The notes under the pieces: generated by a model
Told to the model about the DNA's origin: nothing
Database searches by the model: none
What the model saw: the letters and a program-made list of their open reading frames with translations, nothing else
Position numbers and translations under genes: made by a program
Part shown: positions 28,081 to 38,258 of the stretch, one piece after another
Numbering within the stretch: the stretch's first letter is position 1
How the letters are laid out: the number at the start of each line of letters is the position of its first letter
Source of the DNA: Capsulimonadaceae bacterium
GTDB taxonomy: Bacteria; Armatimonadota; Armatimonadia; Armatimonadales; Capsulimonadaceae
Direction of reading: 5' to 3'
Assembly (NCBI GenBank): GCA_965215505.1
Contig: OZ244065.1
Coordinates: forward strand, 1,344,001 to 1,408,000
DNA length: 64,000 bases

Positions 28081-30075
28081 TCAGATATAAATCTTGTACG
28101 TCGGGATGCCCATGATCGGGCCGGCGATGGCCCAGAGCGCCCCCATCGTGTAGTCGCCCAGAATCAGGCCCAGGAAGAAGGGGACGGCACGGCGGTGGAG
28201 GCCGATGCCGCCGTAGCGGATAATGCAGAACTTCAAGGCCCAGGCGATGAAGACCGGCAGCCAGAAGTATTCCATGGCGTAAGACAGGGCGAGGGCGTAG
28301 CCGGCGGGGTGGAAGGGCCACCAGACGAAGCTCGTCCGCATCAGGGACAGGGCGACGGTCAGGAGGAACCCGCCCAGGATGAACCACAGGCCCGTGGAGG
28401 CCGGGCGGACCGGCGCGTTCAGCCAGCCGGCCAACCGGTCGTAGCTCTCGCTGCCCACCCAGGTCTTGAAGCCGGGTGCCTTGCCCTCCCCGCCATAGGC
28501 GTACAGGACGTGGACGTGCGCCCACTCGGTGGACAGCAGGCTGAGGACGGAGGCGACGGCGAGGACGGTCACGATGCTGCCGAAGCCGACGGCGGGCTTG
28601 CCCTCCATCATTTTGAAGGCTTCGAGTTGGTTCGGCATCGGGTGGTTGCGGTAGCCCCGGTTGAACCAGTAGAGGACGGACAGCAGGGTCAAGTCCTGTG
28701 TCCCGATGGCGCGGGTCCCGAAGACCGTTACCAGCACCTGGATGGGGTTGACCCAGACGATCTCGTGCGGCGAGCCGAGTTCCGCCCGGACGCGTGTGAT
28801 GACGAAGCCGAGCAGGAACACGATGCCGAAGAAGGCCAGGGCGATCCACGCGCTCATGCCGATGAGGGCGGCGAACAGGGCCAGCAGAAGGCCGCCGACC
28901 AGCAGGCCGAGGAAGGCGCACCGGTAGCGCCGGGCCTCGGCGGGGTCATCGGACCGCGCGCCCGCCCAGGCGGTCTGCCCGACCGACTTCCAGTAGGCCC
29001 GCCCGGCGTAGAGCAGCATCAGGCCCAGCCCGAACCAGGCCCCGGTCGCCTGCTGGCCGAAATAAGGAAAGTCCTGGCTGCCCACCCCGCTGTCCCAGCC
29101 GTAGACGTCGCCGGTCACGCGAAACAGGCGGGCGGCGACGTAGAAGAACCAGCAGGAGAAGGACAGGTCCAGCGGCATGAAGTAGCCGAGGCCGACGGCG
29201 AACGGGTAGAACGAGGTCTGCGTGGACCCGATGGCGTTCCACGGCTTGTTGGTGACGTACTGGTGCAGGTCGTTCAGCTTGACGTTGAGCTGCGGGATCG
29301 TCGGGATCAGCTCGTGCAGTCCGTTCAGGAACGAGATGCCGAAGGCCAGCCCGAAGCCGGTCCACATGACGGGGTTCCTGAAGAACGCCTTGCCGGCGTC
29401 GTCCGCCGTCATCGCCAGCGGGAGCTGGACGATGGGGAATGACAGCTTCTCGTTCTCGATCCAGGCGCGGCGCACGAGGATGGTCAGGCATAGGTACATC
29501 CCCACTAGGGTCAGGAAGAACAGCCCCCAGGCCGCCAGCGGGACATACCAGGCCAGGAGGTAGTGCCGCCCCTGGGGGCTATAGATGCTGAGGTTGCCCC
29601 GGTTCATGGCCTTCAGGGAGTCGTGGTCGGTGATGAGCAGCCAGGAGGGCAGGAACCGGAAGAAGAGGGCCTGGTACTTGTTCTCGGCGGTCGCGTGCCA
29701 GTAGGGGAAGGTGATCGAGCCGAACAGGTTTTGCAGAGTGTCGTGCCCGGCGAAGGTGCAGGAGACGACCAGCATCACATAGAGAAGCAGTAACTCCTCC
29801 TGGCGCAGCGCCTTGACGCGCGGGACGGCCTTGCACCAGGCGAAGTTCAGCAGGACCACGACGAACAGCAGGAAGATGGGCGTGATGAACAGCGGCAGCG
29901 AGGTGCCGTCCAGGGTATACCATCGGACCTCGATCACGATCGTCCAGAAGACATTGATCGGGATGAGGAACAGGCCCAGCAGCAGGACGCGCCAGAGCGA
30001 AAGCGGCCCGTCTTTGGCCCTCGGGCCGGGTCTGGCCTCTTCCCGTTCTTTGTCGGCCGTCTCTCGTATCGCCAT
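28081..30075 (-). CDS. DUF6785/DUF6784 putative transporter
   Basis: Polytopic; WIENEKLSFPIVQLP, WWPFHPAGY, PFFLGLILGDY. Confidence 0.8.
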   Translation of the reverse strand: MAIRETADKEREEARPGPRAKDGPLSLWRVLLLGLFLIPINVFWTIVIEVRWYTLDGTSLPLFITPIFLLFVVVLLNFAWCKAVPRVKALRQEELLLLYVMLVVSCTFAGHDTLQNLFGSITFPYWHATAENKYQALFFRFLPSWLLITDHDSLKAMNRGNLSIYSPQGRHYLLAWYVPLAAWGLFFLTLVGMYLCLTILVRRAWIENEKLSFPIVQLPLAMTADDAGKAFFRNPVMWTGFGLAFGISFLNGLHELIPTIPQLNVKLNDLHQYVTNKPWNAIGSTQTSFYPFAVGLGYFMPLDLSFSCWFFYVAARLFRVTGDVYGWDSGVGSQDFPYFGQQATGAWFGLGLMLLYAGRAYWKSVGQTAWAGARSDDPAEARRYRCAFLGLLVGGLLLALFAALIGMSAWIALAFFGIVFLLGFVITRVRAELGSPHEIVWVNPIQVLVTVFGTRAIGTQDLTLLSVLYWFNRGYRNHPMPNQLEAFKMMEGKPAVGFGSIVTVLAVASVLSLLSTEWAHVHVLYAYGGEGKAPGFKTWVGSESYDRLAGWLNAPVRPASTGLWFILGGFLLTVALSLMRTSFVWWPFHPAGYALALSYAMEYFWLPVFIAWALKFCIIRYGGIGLHRRAVPFFLGLILGDYTMGALWAIAGPIMGIPTYKIYI

Positions 30076-30188
30076 CTGACTCGCCCCCTGAATGCTTGCG
30101 CGAAAGGTGAAGCGTCGTCGCCGCCCTCTGCCATTGACGACAGTTCACCGGGGGAGGGCGAAGTTCCTGCCGAAGCCACATCCGCCGG

Positions 30189-31568
30189 TCACGGCGCAGC
30201 AGCCAAAACGGCGGGGTAGCGCCGGGCCGTCTGCAAGACCAGCTCGCCGAAGAGGGTGTTCGCCCAGGCGAACCAGGAGCGGGTGTAGTCGGCGGGATCG
30301 TCCTTGTGGAACGTCTCGTGCATGAAGCCCGTGCCGGCGTGGGTGACCTTCAGGGTCGCCAGGCACGAGGCGACTTCGGCCTCCGAGGTGCTGGTCAGGG
30401 CGTACATGATCAGGCTCATCGGCCAGATGGTGTCCGGCCCCAGGTGTGGGCCGCCGACGCCCGTGAACCTGCCCCGGAAGAACCACGGGTTGTCGTCGCT
30501 CCAGACGAAGCTGCGGGTAGACTGGTAAGCGGAGTCGGAGGAAGCGCAGACGTCCAGGTACGGCAGGGACAGCAGGCTGGGGACGTTCGAGTCGTCCATG
30601 AACAGCGCGCCGCCAAGCCCGTCCACCTCGTAGGCGTACAGCATCCCCCGCGTCGGGTGCCTCTGCGGTGCCCAGACGGCGAGGGCGGCGGCCACCTCGT
30701 CGGCAAGATCACTCGCCAAGAGCGCCTTGTCGGGGCGGCCACGCACCCCGTCTAGCATTTCGGCCATCTGCCGGAGCGAGGTCAGGGCGAAGAAGTTGGA
30801 CGGGATCAGAAACTGGTAGGTGACGGCGTCATCCGAGGGCCGGAACCGGGAGCAGATCAGGCCGGTCGGCTTGACGGGCGGGCCGTAGATCGTCGTTGAG
30901 TCCGGCGCGGGCGGGTCGCCGCCGCGCTGGAAGGTGTACGGGCCGGGACCATTCCTGCGTTGCTGCTCCCGGAAGGTCTGGACGATCAGGTCCATCGCCT
31001 GCTCCCATCCGGCGTCGAAGGGGGACGTGTCGCCGGTCTGCTTCCAGTAGGCGTAGGCCAGCCGGACGGGATAGCAGAGCGAGTCCACCTCCCACTTCCT
31101 TTCGTGGATGCCCGGCTTCATGTCCGTGTAGTCGCTCACCCACTGATCCGTCCCGTCTGGGTCGGCCAGGAAGGCGTTGGCGTAGGGATCAAAGCGGATG
31201 CACTGGGACTGGCGGCGGATGACTCCCTGAAGCAGACTCTGGAGGCGCGGGTCCTGGCGGGCCAGGGGCAGGTACGGCCAGACCTGCGCCGCCGAGTCGC
31301 GCAGCCACATGGCGTCGATGTCCCCGGTGATGACGAACGTGTCCGGCCCGCCGCCTTCGCCGCCGTTCTCGCGGAAGGTTACGGTGGTGTCGAGCGTGCT
31401 GGGGAAACAGTTCTCGAACAGCCAGGCCATTTCCGGGTCCGCGATCTGCGCCCGAGTGACTCGGATGGTCTCCTCGACGGCGGGCGAGGTGAACCTCCGA
31501 TCCGCCGGGGCGGGGCGGCGGGACTGGAAGGCGGGCGTTCCGCCTTCAGGGTCATTCTGCATGGTCAT
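30189..31568 (-). CDS. GH125 exo-alpha-1,6-mannosidase
   Basis: TGDIDAMWLRDS, ERKWEVDSL, FRPSDDA, TRSWFAWANTLFGE. Confidence 0.93.
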   Translation of the reverse strand: MTMQNDPEGGTPAFQSRRPAPADRRFTSPAVEETIRVTRAQIADPEMAWLFENCFPSTLDTTVTFRENGGEGGGPDTFVITGDIDAMWLRDSAAQVWPYLPLARQDPRLQSLLQGVIRRQSQCIRFDPYANAFLADPDGTDQWVSDYTDMKPGIHERKWEVDSLCYPVRLAYAYWKQTGDTSPFDAGWEQAMDLIVQTFREQQRRNGPGPYTFQRGGDPPAPDSTTIYGPPVKPTGLICSRFRPSDDAVTYQFLIPSNFFALTSLRQMAEMLDGVRGRPDKALLASDLADEVAAALAVWAPQRHPTRGMLYAYEVDGLGGALFMDDSNVPSLLSLPYLDVCASSDSAYQSTRSFVWSDDNPWFFRGRFTGVGGPHLGPDTIWPMSLIMYALTSTSEAEVASCLATLKVTHAGTGFMHETFHKDDPADYTRSWFAWANTLFGELVLQTARRYPAVLAAAP

Positions 31569-31718
31569 GGTCTACTTGATCCTTTCAGGGGCTAGACTTA
31601 CAGCCCCGTGCTGCATGATAGAACAACGGCGCGGCCGCCGTCAAGACCCGCACGGGTGGTTTTCGGGTATAACCAAGCCAGCCCGCCACCGCCTCCCCTT
31701 TAGGAAGGAACGCCACCC

Positions 31719-32681
31719 GTGTACGACCACGAGCTATTCACCCGTCACCCGCTGAACCCGATCATCAGCCCGAGCGACCTGCCCTACCCCTGCGACTGCG
31801 TCTGCAACCCCGCCGCCCACCTCGTCGGCGACGACGTCCTGCTGTTGCTGCGCGTCATCGACCAGGAGGGCAGCTCGCACATCACCGTCGCCCGTTCCAG
31901 GGACGGCGTCACCGACTGGCGCATCGAGGACCACCCGCTGATCGCGCCGCACGACGTGGCCGCGCGCTGGCCGCTCACCCCCAGGGCCAACGACACCAGC
32001 TTCGAAGCGTATGGATGCGAGGACCCGCGTGTCGTGTATTTGGAGGACCGGCAGGAGTACGTCATCGCCTACACCGGCTATTCCAGCCTGGGCGCGGGCG
32101 TCTGCCTCGCCACGACGACGGACTTCAAAGACGTCAACCGCTTCGGCCTGGTCCTCACCCCGAACAACAAGGACGCCGCCATGTTCCCGCGCCAGATCGG
32201 CGGCAAGTACTGGATGCTGCACCGGCCCGCCTTGGGGGACATGGAACACATCTGGCTGGTGGAGAGCCAGGACCTGATCCACTGGGGCCGCCCCTGGATG
32301 ATCATCAACGAGCGCGGCGGCCCGTGGTGGGACGGCGAGAAGGTGGGAGGCGGCCCGCCGCCCATCGAGACGCCGGACGGCTGGCTGGTCATCTTCCACG
32401 GCGTCAAGGGCACGTCCCACGGCCCCATCTACCGCGTCGGCCTTGCCCTGCTGGACCTGGACGACCCGCGCAAGGTCATCCGCCGCATCCCCCGCTGGGT
32501 GTTCGGCCCCAAGGAGTCCTATGAGGCGACGGGCTTCATCCCCGGCGTCGTCTTCCCGACGGGCACCATCGTCCGGGGCGACGACCTGCACCTCTACTAC
32601 GGCGCGGCGGACACGCGGATCGGGCTGGCGACGGCCAAGATCCAGACACTGCTGGACGCGCTGAAAGAAGAAGGGAAGTGA
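31719..32681 (+). CDS. GH130 beta-mannoside phosphorylase/glycosidase
   Basis: YGCEDPRV, NKDAAMFP, MLHRP, YYGAADT. Confidence 0.9.
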   Translation: MYDHELFTRHPLNPIISPSDLPYPCDCVCNPAAHLVGDDVLLLLRVIDQEGSSHITVARSRDGVTDWRIEDHPLIAPHDVAARWPLTPRANDTSFEAYGCEDPRVVYLEDRQEYVIAYTGYSSLGAGVCLATTTDFKDVNRFGLVLTPNNKDAAMFPRQIGGKYWMLHRPALGDMEHIWLVESQDLIHWGRPWMIINERGGPWWDGEKVGGGPPPIETPDGWLVIFHGVKGTSHGPIYRVGLALLDLDDPRKVIRRIPRWVFGPKESYEATGFIPGVVFPTGTIVRGDDLHLYYGAADTRIGLATAKIQTLLDALKEEGK

Positions 32682-33475
32682 CCACGCAGGACGCCCACGC
32701 CCCGGCGCAGCCGCTTCCACTCCAGGGCCGGGGCGCGCTGATCACCGGCGTAGGGCGGCGCAACTCCATCGGGTTCGCCACGGCCCTGCGGCTCGCGCAG
32801 ATGGGGGCCAATGTGTGCATTCACGCCTGGCTGCCGGGGGACACGGTGCGTACCGCCCAGAGCGAGTCCATGGAGGAGATGCTGGACGAGATAGGCACCT
32901 ACGGGGCACGGGTAGCCCACGTTTCCGCCGACTTCGGCGACGCCGACGCGCCAGCCTCGGTCGTCGCCGACGCCGAGCAGGCCATCGGGCCGCTGGACAT
33001 CCTGGTCGCCGCCCACACCCACTGCGAGCCTGCCGCCCTGGAAGCACTGTCGGCGGCGCTCCTGGACCGGCACCTGACGGTGAACGTGCGCGGGACCCTG
33101 CTGCTGATCCAGGCGTGGGCCGCTCGGCACGACGCCGCCCGGCCCGGCGGGCGGGTCGTCCTGTCCACGTCCGGCCAGCACCTCCACCCCATGCCGAACG
33201 AGCTGGCCTATGTCGCCTCCAAGGGCGCGCTGCACCAGCTCACGGCGAGTCTGGCCGCCCACCTCGCGCCGCGCCGCATCACGCTGAACACGATCGATCC
33301 AGGTCCGACCGATACGGGCTGGCCCACGCCGGAGGTCTACCGGGCCGTTCTAGGCGGCTCTCCCCAGGGCCGGTGGGGCCGGCCCGACGACGCCGCGCGC
33401 CTGATCGCCTGGCTCGCCACGGACGACTCGCAGTGGGTCTCGGGGCAGGTGATCAACTCGCGCGGCGGGCCGTGA
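32678..33475 (+). CDS. SDR oxidoreductase
   Basis: ITGVGRRNSIG, YVASKG, DPGPTDTGW. Confidence 0.9.
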   Translation: MTTQDAHAPAQPLPLQGRGALITGVGRRNSIGFATALRLAQMGANVCIHAWLPGDTVRTAQSESMEEMLDEIGTYGARVAHVSADFGDADAPASVVADAEQAIGPLDILVAAHTHCEPAALEALSAALLDRHLTVNVRGTLLLIQAWAARHDAARPGGRVVLSTSGQHLHPMPNELAYVASKGALHQLTASLAAHLAPRRITLNTIDPGPTDTGWPTPEVYRAVLGGSPQGRWGRPDDAARLIAWLATDDSQWVSGQVINSRGGP

Positions 33476-33534
33476 GGGCAGGAAGGATTCCCCGTTCCGA
33501 ATGGCGTAAAGGCTGCACAAAGGAGACCACCGCC

Positions 33535-34464
33535 ATGTCGTTCCCGAAAACGCTCCGGCCCGCCCTCAGCCTCGCCCTGTCCCTGCTCTGGCCCGCAGCC
33601 GCTTTCGCCCAGGCACCAGCCGATCAGCCGCAGGTGCAAATAAAGGTAGACTTCGTCACCGTCGGCTCCGCCGGCCTGAGCGCGGACTTGACCAAATCAG
33701 GCATGAACTTTGACCGTGTGCCGCTCGTCACGCCTGGCGGCACCTTCACACGACCCTTAACATTTCTGCGGTACATGGCCGGTGATGCCGCCACCCGCCT
33801 CTTCCAGATGCTCGAACGCGCGCACAGCAAGTCCGTCCAAGCGCCCCCGGTCACTACGGCTGACGGCACCCCGACCACGATTCAGCTCCAAACGCAGGCC
33901 GCCGGCCCGGAAAAGAAGTCCCTGACACTCCAGACGCGCCTGACCGTCACGCCGCGCATCAACACCGACGACTCGATCACTCTGTTCGTCGGACTTCAGG
34001 CCGCTGACGCCGACGCGCCGCCGGCGGGGCTGCAAGAGACGACCCTGCGGACGGTCCGCAGCGGCGACATGATGGTGGTGGACGGCCTCCCCATGGGCAG
34101 CGATAGGACCGGGGCCGCGGAAAAGCTCCTGGTCTTTATTCAGCCGACTCTCGTCGGCGCGGGGACGCACACGAGCCGCCCCGCCGCGCCGCTGTTTCCC
34201 CCGCAGGACACGTCTCTGATGCTCGAAACGTCCATCTCCGTGGACGTCTTCAACGCTGACTTACGCACCATCGTCGCCATGCTGGAGCGGCAGTCCCGCC
34301 TGAAGGCATCCGTGCAGGGCGGCACATACAAGCCCGTCTACGTCCACCTCCACGGCGCTCCCCTCGCCGAAGCCCTGGGGGCCGTCGCGCGGAGCGCGGG
34401 CGCGCAGATCATCCGGGACGAGAGCGGCGTTTACGTCTTCTCGCCCCTCCCGCTGACGCGCTAA
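33535..34464 (+). CDS. short secretin-like protein with C-terminal N0/STN-like domain
   Basis: Signal peptide; PQVQIKVDFV, LTVTPRINTDDSITL, VRSGDMMVVDGL, LLVFIQPTLV; C-terminal NADLRTIV..APLAEAL. Confidence 0.65.
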   Translation: MSFPKTLRPALSLALSLLWPAAAFAQAPADQPQVQIKVDFVTVGSAGLSADLTKSGMNFDRVPLVTPGGTFTRPLTFLRYMAGDAATRLFQMLERAHSKSVQAPPVTTADGTPTTIQLQTQAAGPEKKSLTLQTRLTVTPRINTDDSITLFVGLQAADADAPPAGLQETTLRTVRSGDMMVVDGLPMGSDRTGAAEKLLVFIQPTLVGAGTHTSRPAAPLFPPQDTSLMLETSISVDVFNADLRTIVAMLERQSRLKASVQGGTYKPVYVHLHGAPLAEALGAVARSAGAQIIRDESGVYVFSPLPLTR

Positions 34465-34477
34465 AGGAGAACACGCC

Positions 34478-35326
34478 ATGACCCGCCTGACCCCGCTGCG
34501 GTTCGCCGCGCTCCTCATCCTGCTCGCACCGGTCTCCGCATCGGCCCAGACCGCCGCCCCGCCCCCGGCGGCATCGGCGGCGGGATACCACTGGCGCACG
34601 CTTGCCTTGAGGCACGCCGTACCCAGCGACATACTGGCCTTGATACACTGGGACGGGCCGGCACCAAGCCCGCCGGCCCTGCCCGACGGCGTCCGCCGCG
34701 TCTTCGCGCTCCGAAGCACCAACTCGCTGCTCGTGGAGGCGACCGACGAAGGTTTCGCCACGGTCGCGAGTCTCGTCAACCTGCTGGACCGCGCGCCCCG
34801 GCAGGTGAAGTTCCACATGGCGCTCGTGGCCGTGCCCGCCGCGCGCGGCGATCTTTACAGGCCGGACATGTCGGCGTCTGAACTCCTGTCTCTGCTGCTG
34901 GCCGGGGAGTCGTCTGTGATCTCCGTACCCACAGAGACCGTCACGGAGGGTACGACGGCCGCAGTCTCCGTCGGGGTGCCTGTGATTGCGCCGGTCGGCC
35001 GGTTCCGGCTGGCCCAGGCGGGGTCGATGGGGGATGGATACGGCCCGTCGGCGCGCTGCGAGTTCCGTCTGACGCCCCTGATCAACGCGGACGGCACGGT
35101 CACACTGAGCCTGATGGCTGCGTCCATGGAGGCCGCGCCGCCGCGCACTCTGCGGGCGGGGGAACTGGCGGCCTATGATGTGACGGGGGCGACGCAGGTG
35201 AACAGCGAGCGGATAGATGGCAGGCGGCTGTTCCTCTTCCTTTCGCCCACGATCATCGCCGACACCGAAGATGCCCGCGACGCCGGCCAGCCGGTGAACG
35301 GGCAGTCCGTCCCCGTGACCCCGTAG
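34478..35326 (+). CDS. short secretin-like protein (N3-like plus secretin domain)
   Basis: Signal peptide; TNSLLVEAT..LLDRAPRQV, LTPLINADGTVTL, LFLFLSPTII. Confidence 0.65.
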   Translation: MTRLTPLRFAALLILLAPVSASAQTAAPPPAASAAGYHWRTLALRHAVPSDILALIHWDGPAPSPPALPDGVRRVFALRSTNSLLVEATDEGFATVASLVNLLDRAPRQVKFHMALVAVPAARGDLYRPDMSASELLSLLLAGESSVISVPTETVTEGTTAAVSVGVPVIAPVGRFRLAQAGSMGDGYGPSARCEFRLTPLINADGTVTLSLMAASMEAAPPRTLRAGELAAYDVTGATQVNSERIDGRRLFLFLSPTIIADTEDARDAGQPVNGQSVPVTP

Positions 35327-35328
35327 CG

Positions 35329-36174
35329 TCAGGCGACGGCGGGCAGATGCAGGCGCGCGTGGAGGCCGAAGGCCAGGACGGCGAGCAAGGCGGCCAGCCC
35401 GACGTAGGCCGTGCCGTACTTCCAGCGGTCGGCGGTGGTGGCGGGCGGGTAGCCGCCGTCTTCCACCGGTGCACGACGCGCGAACAGGGGCAGCAGGCGC
35501 CCGCCGTCGAGCGGCGGGACGGGGAGGAGGTTGAACAGGTTGATCATGAACGACCACTGCGCCAGGGCGAGCCAGAACGGCGAGGGCGAGGCGGCATAGA
35601 CCAGCAGGCAGGCGAGGCCCGCGCCCAGCCCGAAGGCCGGCCCCATGATGCCGATGAAGGCACCTTCGGCGGCGTCCTTCCCGCCGCGCTTCATGGTCAC
35701 GAACGCGCCCATGAACGGGACGAAGACCATGGCCCCGACGGGGATGCCGCGCAGGCGGGCGGCGACGGCGTGGCCGCACTCGTGGACGAAGATCAGCAGG
35801 ACGATGCCGACGCCGAAGGGCCAGCCGTAGAGCAGCCCCCAGGCCCACATGGAGACCAGCATGGAGCCGGCCCCCAGCAGGAATTTCAGCTTCGCCAGCA
35901 GGCCGAGGAGTGGCAGGCCGACCTTGGCGAGCAGGAGCAGGGCGGACGCGATGCCGCCCAGGACGCCGCCGCCGGACCTCCATCGCTCCAGCAGCGGGGC
36001 GTTGGGGGCGGGGGGCGGCCCGGCGTAGTAAGGGCTAGTCGGGGTGGTCGGCGGCGCGTCGGTCGGCGCGGGTCCGGGCTGCGGCCCGTCCGCCGTGCGG
36101 CCCGCCAGCAGGCGGTGCTGGGCATCTTGTTCGGTTTCGGTCGTGTCGGCGTTGTTTATGGTCGTGGGCCTCAT
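35329..36174 (-). CDS. site-2 protease (M50)
   Basis: HECGH and NLLPVPPLDGG; ATG overlaps the upstream stop. Confidence 0.92.
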   Translation of the reverse strand: MRPTTINNADTTETEQDAQHRLLAGRTADGPQPGPAPTDAPPTTPTSPYYAGPPPAPNAPLLERWRSGGGVLGGIASALLLLAKVGLPLLGLLAKLKFLLGAGSMLVSMWAWGLLYGWPFGVGIVLLIFVHECGHAVAARLRGIPVGAMVFVPFMGAFVTMKRGGKDAAEGAFIGIMGPAFGLGAGLACLLVYAASPSPFWLALAQWSFMINLFNLLPVPPLDGGRLLPLFARRAPVEDGGYPPATTADRWKYGTAYVGLAALLAVLAFGLHARLHLPAVA

Positions 36175-38084
36175 ACACTGAGTATACGGCGGTGGAAGAC
36201 AAACCATTCCAGCAGCAGCAGGGCGAGCGCGACGGCGGCCAGGGCGGGCCAGAGGTCGTTCTTGGCGCGGCGGGCGCGCGGCTGTGGCGTGACGGCGGCG
36301 GAGACGCCGGGGTGGTTCAAGGCGGGCGGATTCTGCATCGTCAGCGCGCTCTCGTCGCGGCTATCGAGATTGACGGCGAAGGGGTAATCCGCGCCGTTCG
36401 CCGCTTTGGCGTGGTAGACGCCGGCCTGGCGCGTGTCGTCTATCAGCACCATGCCGCCGGCGGCGGGCGCGGCGACGGCCGTCTTGCTGCCGTCGGGACG
36501 CTGGATGGTGACATTTGCCGCGCCGGGGGGCAGGGTGAGCGAGGCGACGCCGCCGGTCGGCGTCTCCTCCTGGCTCGCGCCCAGGCCGCCCGCCGCCGTC
36601 AGCCAGCGGACGGAGTTGGTCAGGAAGATCGGGAAGGAAACGCGCAGGGGCCAGTCCGAGTCGCCCAGGTCGAAGGCGACCGAGACGGCGCGCAGGCCGT
36701 TATGTTCCCCGGCGGCGATGATCGGCCCCGAGTCGGCCTCGGCCAGGGCCTGGCCCCAGGGCTGGGTCTGGGTCCGCAAGGCTTTCTGGAGGTGGAGACC
36801 TTCCAGGTCGGCGAAGCGCATGACGGGGTGGGTGCGGCTCTCGTCAATGAAGGCCGGGTTGTCCGCGCTCGCCGTCCCCACGAGCGGCATCTGGCCGTTC
36901 AGGGCATTGAAGACGAGGTAGTTGCCGGGCGGCAGGGGCGCGGCGGGCAGGGCACCGTCGAAGACGACCATGCTGTAGCCCGCGCCGCCTTTGCCCAGGG
37001 TCGTGAACTCGTCGGGCAGGCATTCCTCCAGAACGACATCCGGGTCCAGGTTCAGGCCACTTTCTAGGAATGGGTTGCCGGGCGTGACCAGCAGGACCTT
37101 CCGGGGGCGCGGCGGGGTCAGGACGAGCGAGGCCTGGTTGTCCACGGCGAGGTCGTCCCGGACGTCGTCGAGCCGGGCGGTCACCACGCCGCCGCCTTGG
37201 AGCAGGGGGCTGTCGAAGGTCTCGGTCTGCATGCCGTTCGTCATGCTCAGGGCGCGGGCGTCCACCAGCTTGCCGTCTTTGAGCAGCGTCAGCGTGCCGC
37301 CCCCCTGGTGCGGGCGGCCCCCACCGTCCTGCACCTGGACGAAGACCTGGTAGTTCCCCGTCTGCGGGCTGCGCCGGCCGTCCAGCCGCGTGATGGCGAG
37401 GTTGTCCGGCGTAGCGGTGCCCACGGCCGTCAGCCTGACGTCCGTCCCGCCGAGCGGCAGGGCGGCCAGCTTGCGGTTGTCGTCGGGGGAGAACGCGCCG
37501 TCGGAGAAGACCCGCACCTGCGCGCCGCGCCGCGCCCCGACGAGCGACTGCGCGAGTGTCAGGGCGGCGGCCATGTCCACGGGCGTGTCCGTCCCGGTCG
37601 CCCCGTCAATCGCCGCCTTCAGCCGGCCCTTGTCCCCGGTGAAGCCGGAGAAGGCGGAGCCGGGCTTGCTGGAGGCGGTCAGGACGGTCGCCACGTCCCC
37701 CACCCTGACCTCCCGGTCCACGAAAGCATCGGCGGCGTCTTTGGCCGCCTGGAGCCGGTTGGGCCTGACGTCGCTGGCGTTCATCGAGGCGGACGTGTCC
37801 AGGATGATGACGTCGGTGTGCCCGGTCACCGCCTCACCGTAGATGTAGGGCCGGGCGAGGGCGAAGATGAGCAGGAAAGCGGCCAGCAGTTGCAGAAACA
37901 GGAGCAGGTTGCGCCGCAGCCTTTGGAACGGCGCGTTCGCCTGGGTCTCCTGGAGCATGGTGTTCCACAGGTACAGCGACGAGACGGTCACGTCCTGCCG
38001 CTTCAAGCGCAGCATCCACAGAGCGACGATGCCGCCGAGCAGCGGGAGCGCCCAGAGCAGGTTCAGAGGGTTCAGCAGGTTCAT
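36171..38084 (-). CDS. BatA/vWA domain membrane protein
   Basis: BatA-like N-terminus (VSSLYLW, LALARP-like), DTSASM MIDAS motif, C-terminal LEW TM. Confidence 0.85.
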   Translation of the reverse strand: MNLLNPLNLLWALPLLGGIVALWMLRLKRQDVTVSSLYLWNTMLQETQANAPFQRLRRNLLLFLQLLAAFLLIFALARPYIYGEAVTGHTDVIILDTSASMNASDVRPNRLQAAKDAADAFVDREVRVGDVATVLTASSKPGSAFSGFTGDKGRLKAAIDGATGTDTPVDMAAALTLAQSLVGARRGAQVRVFSDGAFSPDDNRKLAALPLGGTDVRLTAVGTATPDNLAITRLDGRRSPQTGNYQVFVQVQDGGGRPHQGGGTLTLLKDGKLVDARALSMTNGMQTETFDSPLLQGGGVVTARLDDVRDDLAVDNQASLVLTPPRPRKVLLVTPGNPFLESGLNLDPDVVLEECLPDEFTTLGKGGAGYSMVVFDGALPAAPLPPGNYLVFNALNGQMPLVGTASADNPAFIDESRTHPVMRFADLEGLHLQKALRTQTQPWGQALAEADSGPIIAAGEHNGLRAVSVAFDLGDSDWPLRVSFPIFLTNSVRWLTAAGGLGASQEETPTGGVASLTLPPGAANVTIQRPDGSKTAVAAPAAGGMVLIDDTRQAGVYHAKAANGADYPFAVNLDSRDESALTMQNPPALNHPGVSAAVTPQPRARRAKNDLWPALAAVALALLLLEWFVFHRRILSV

Positions 38085-38108
38085 GTCTCTCCGAGCATCC
38101 AGTACTTC

Positions 38109-38213
38109 CGAGCGGTTGAAAACCGCTCGCTAGGACAGGCACCCTCCGGGTGTAGGAGCGGTTTCCTGTCGTCCGCAGGACGCCTCCCCTAGCGAGCGGT
38201 TTTCAACCGCTCG
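38109..38213. repeat. REPIN-like inverted doublet
   Basis: cgagcggttgaaaaccgctcgctagg (38109-38134) and perfect reverse complement (38188-38213). Confidence 0.85.
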
Positions 38214-38258
38214 ATTCGGACTCGATTCGGGCGGCCCGCATACTACCACAATAATACC

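Noticed and set aside
32815-33534. N-terminal extension of the secretin-like ORF
   Set aside because: Out-of-frame overlap with the SDR gene; AAGGAG RBS and signal peptide support 33535
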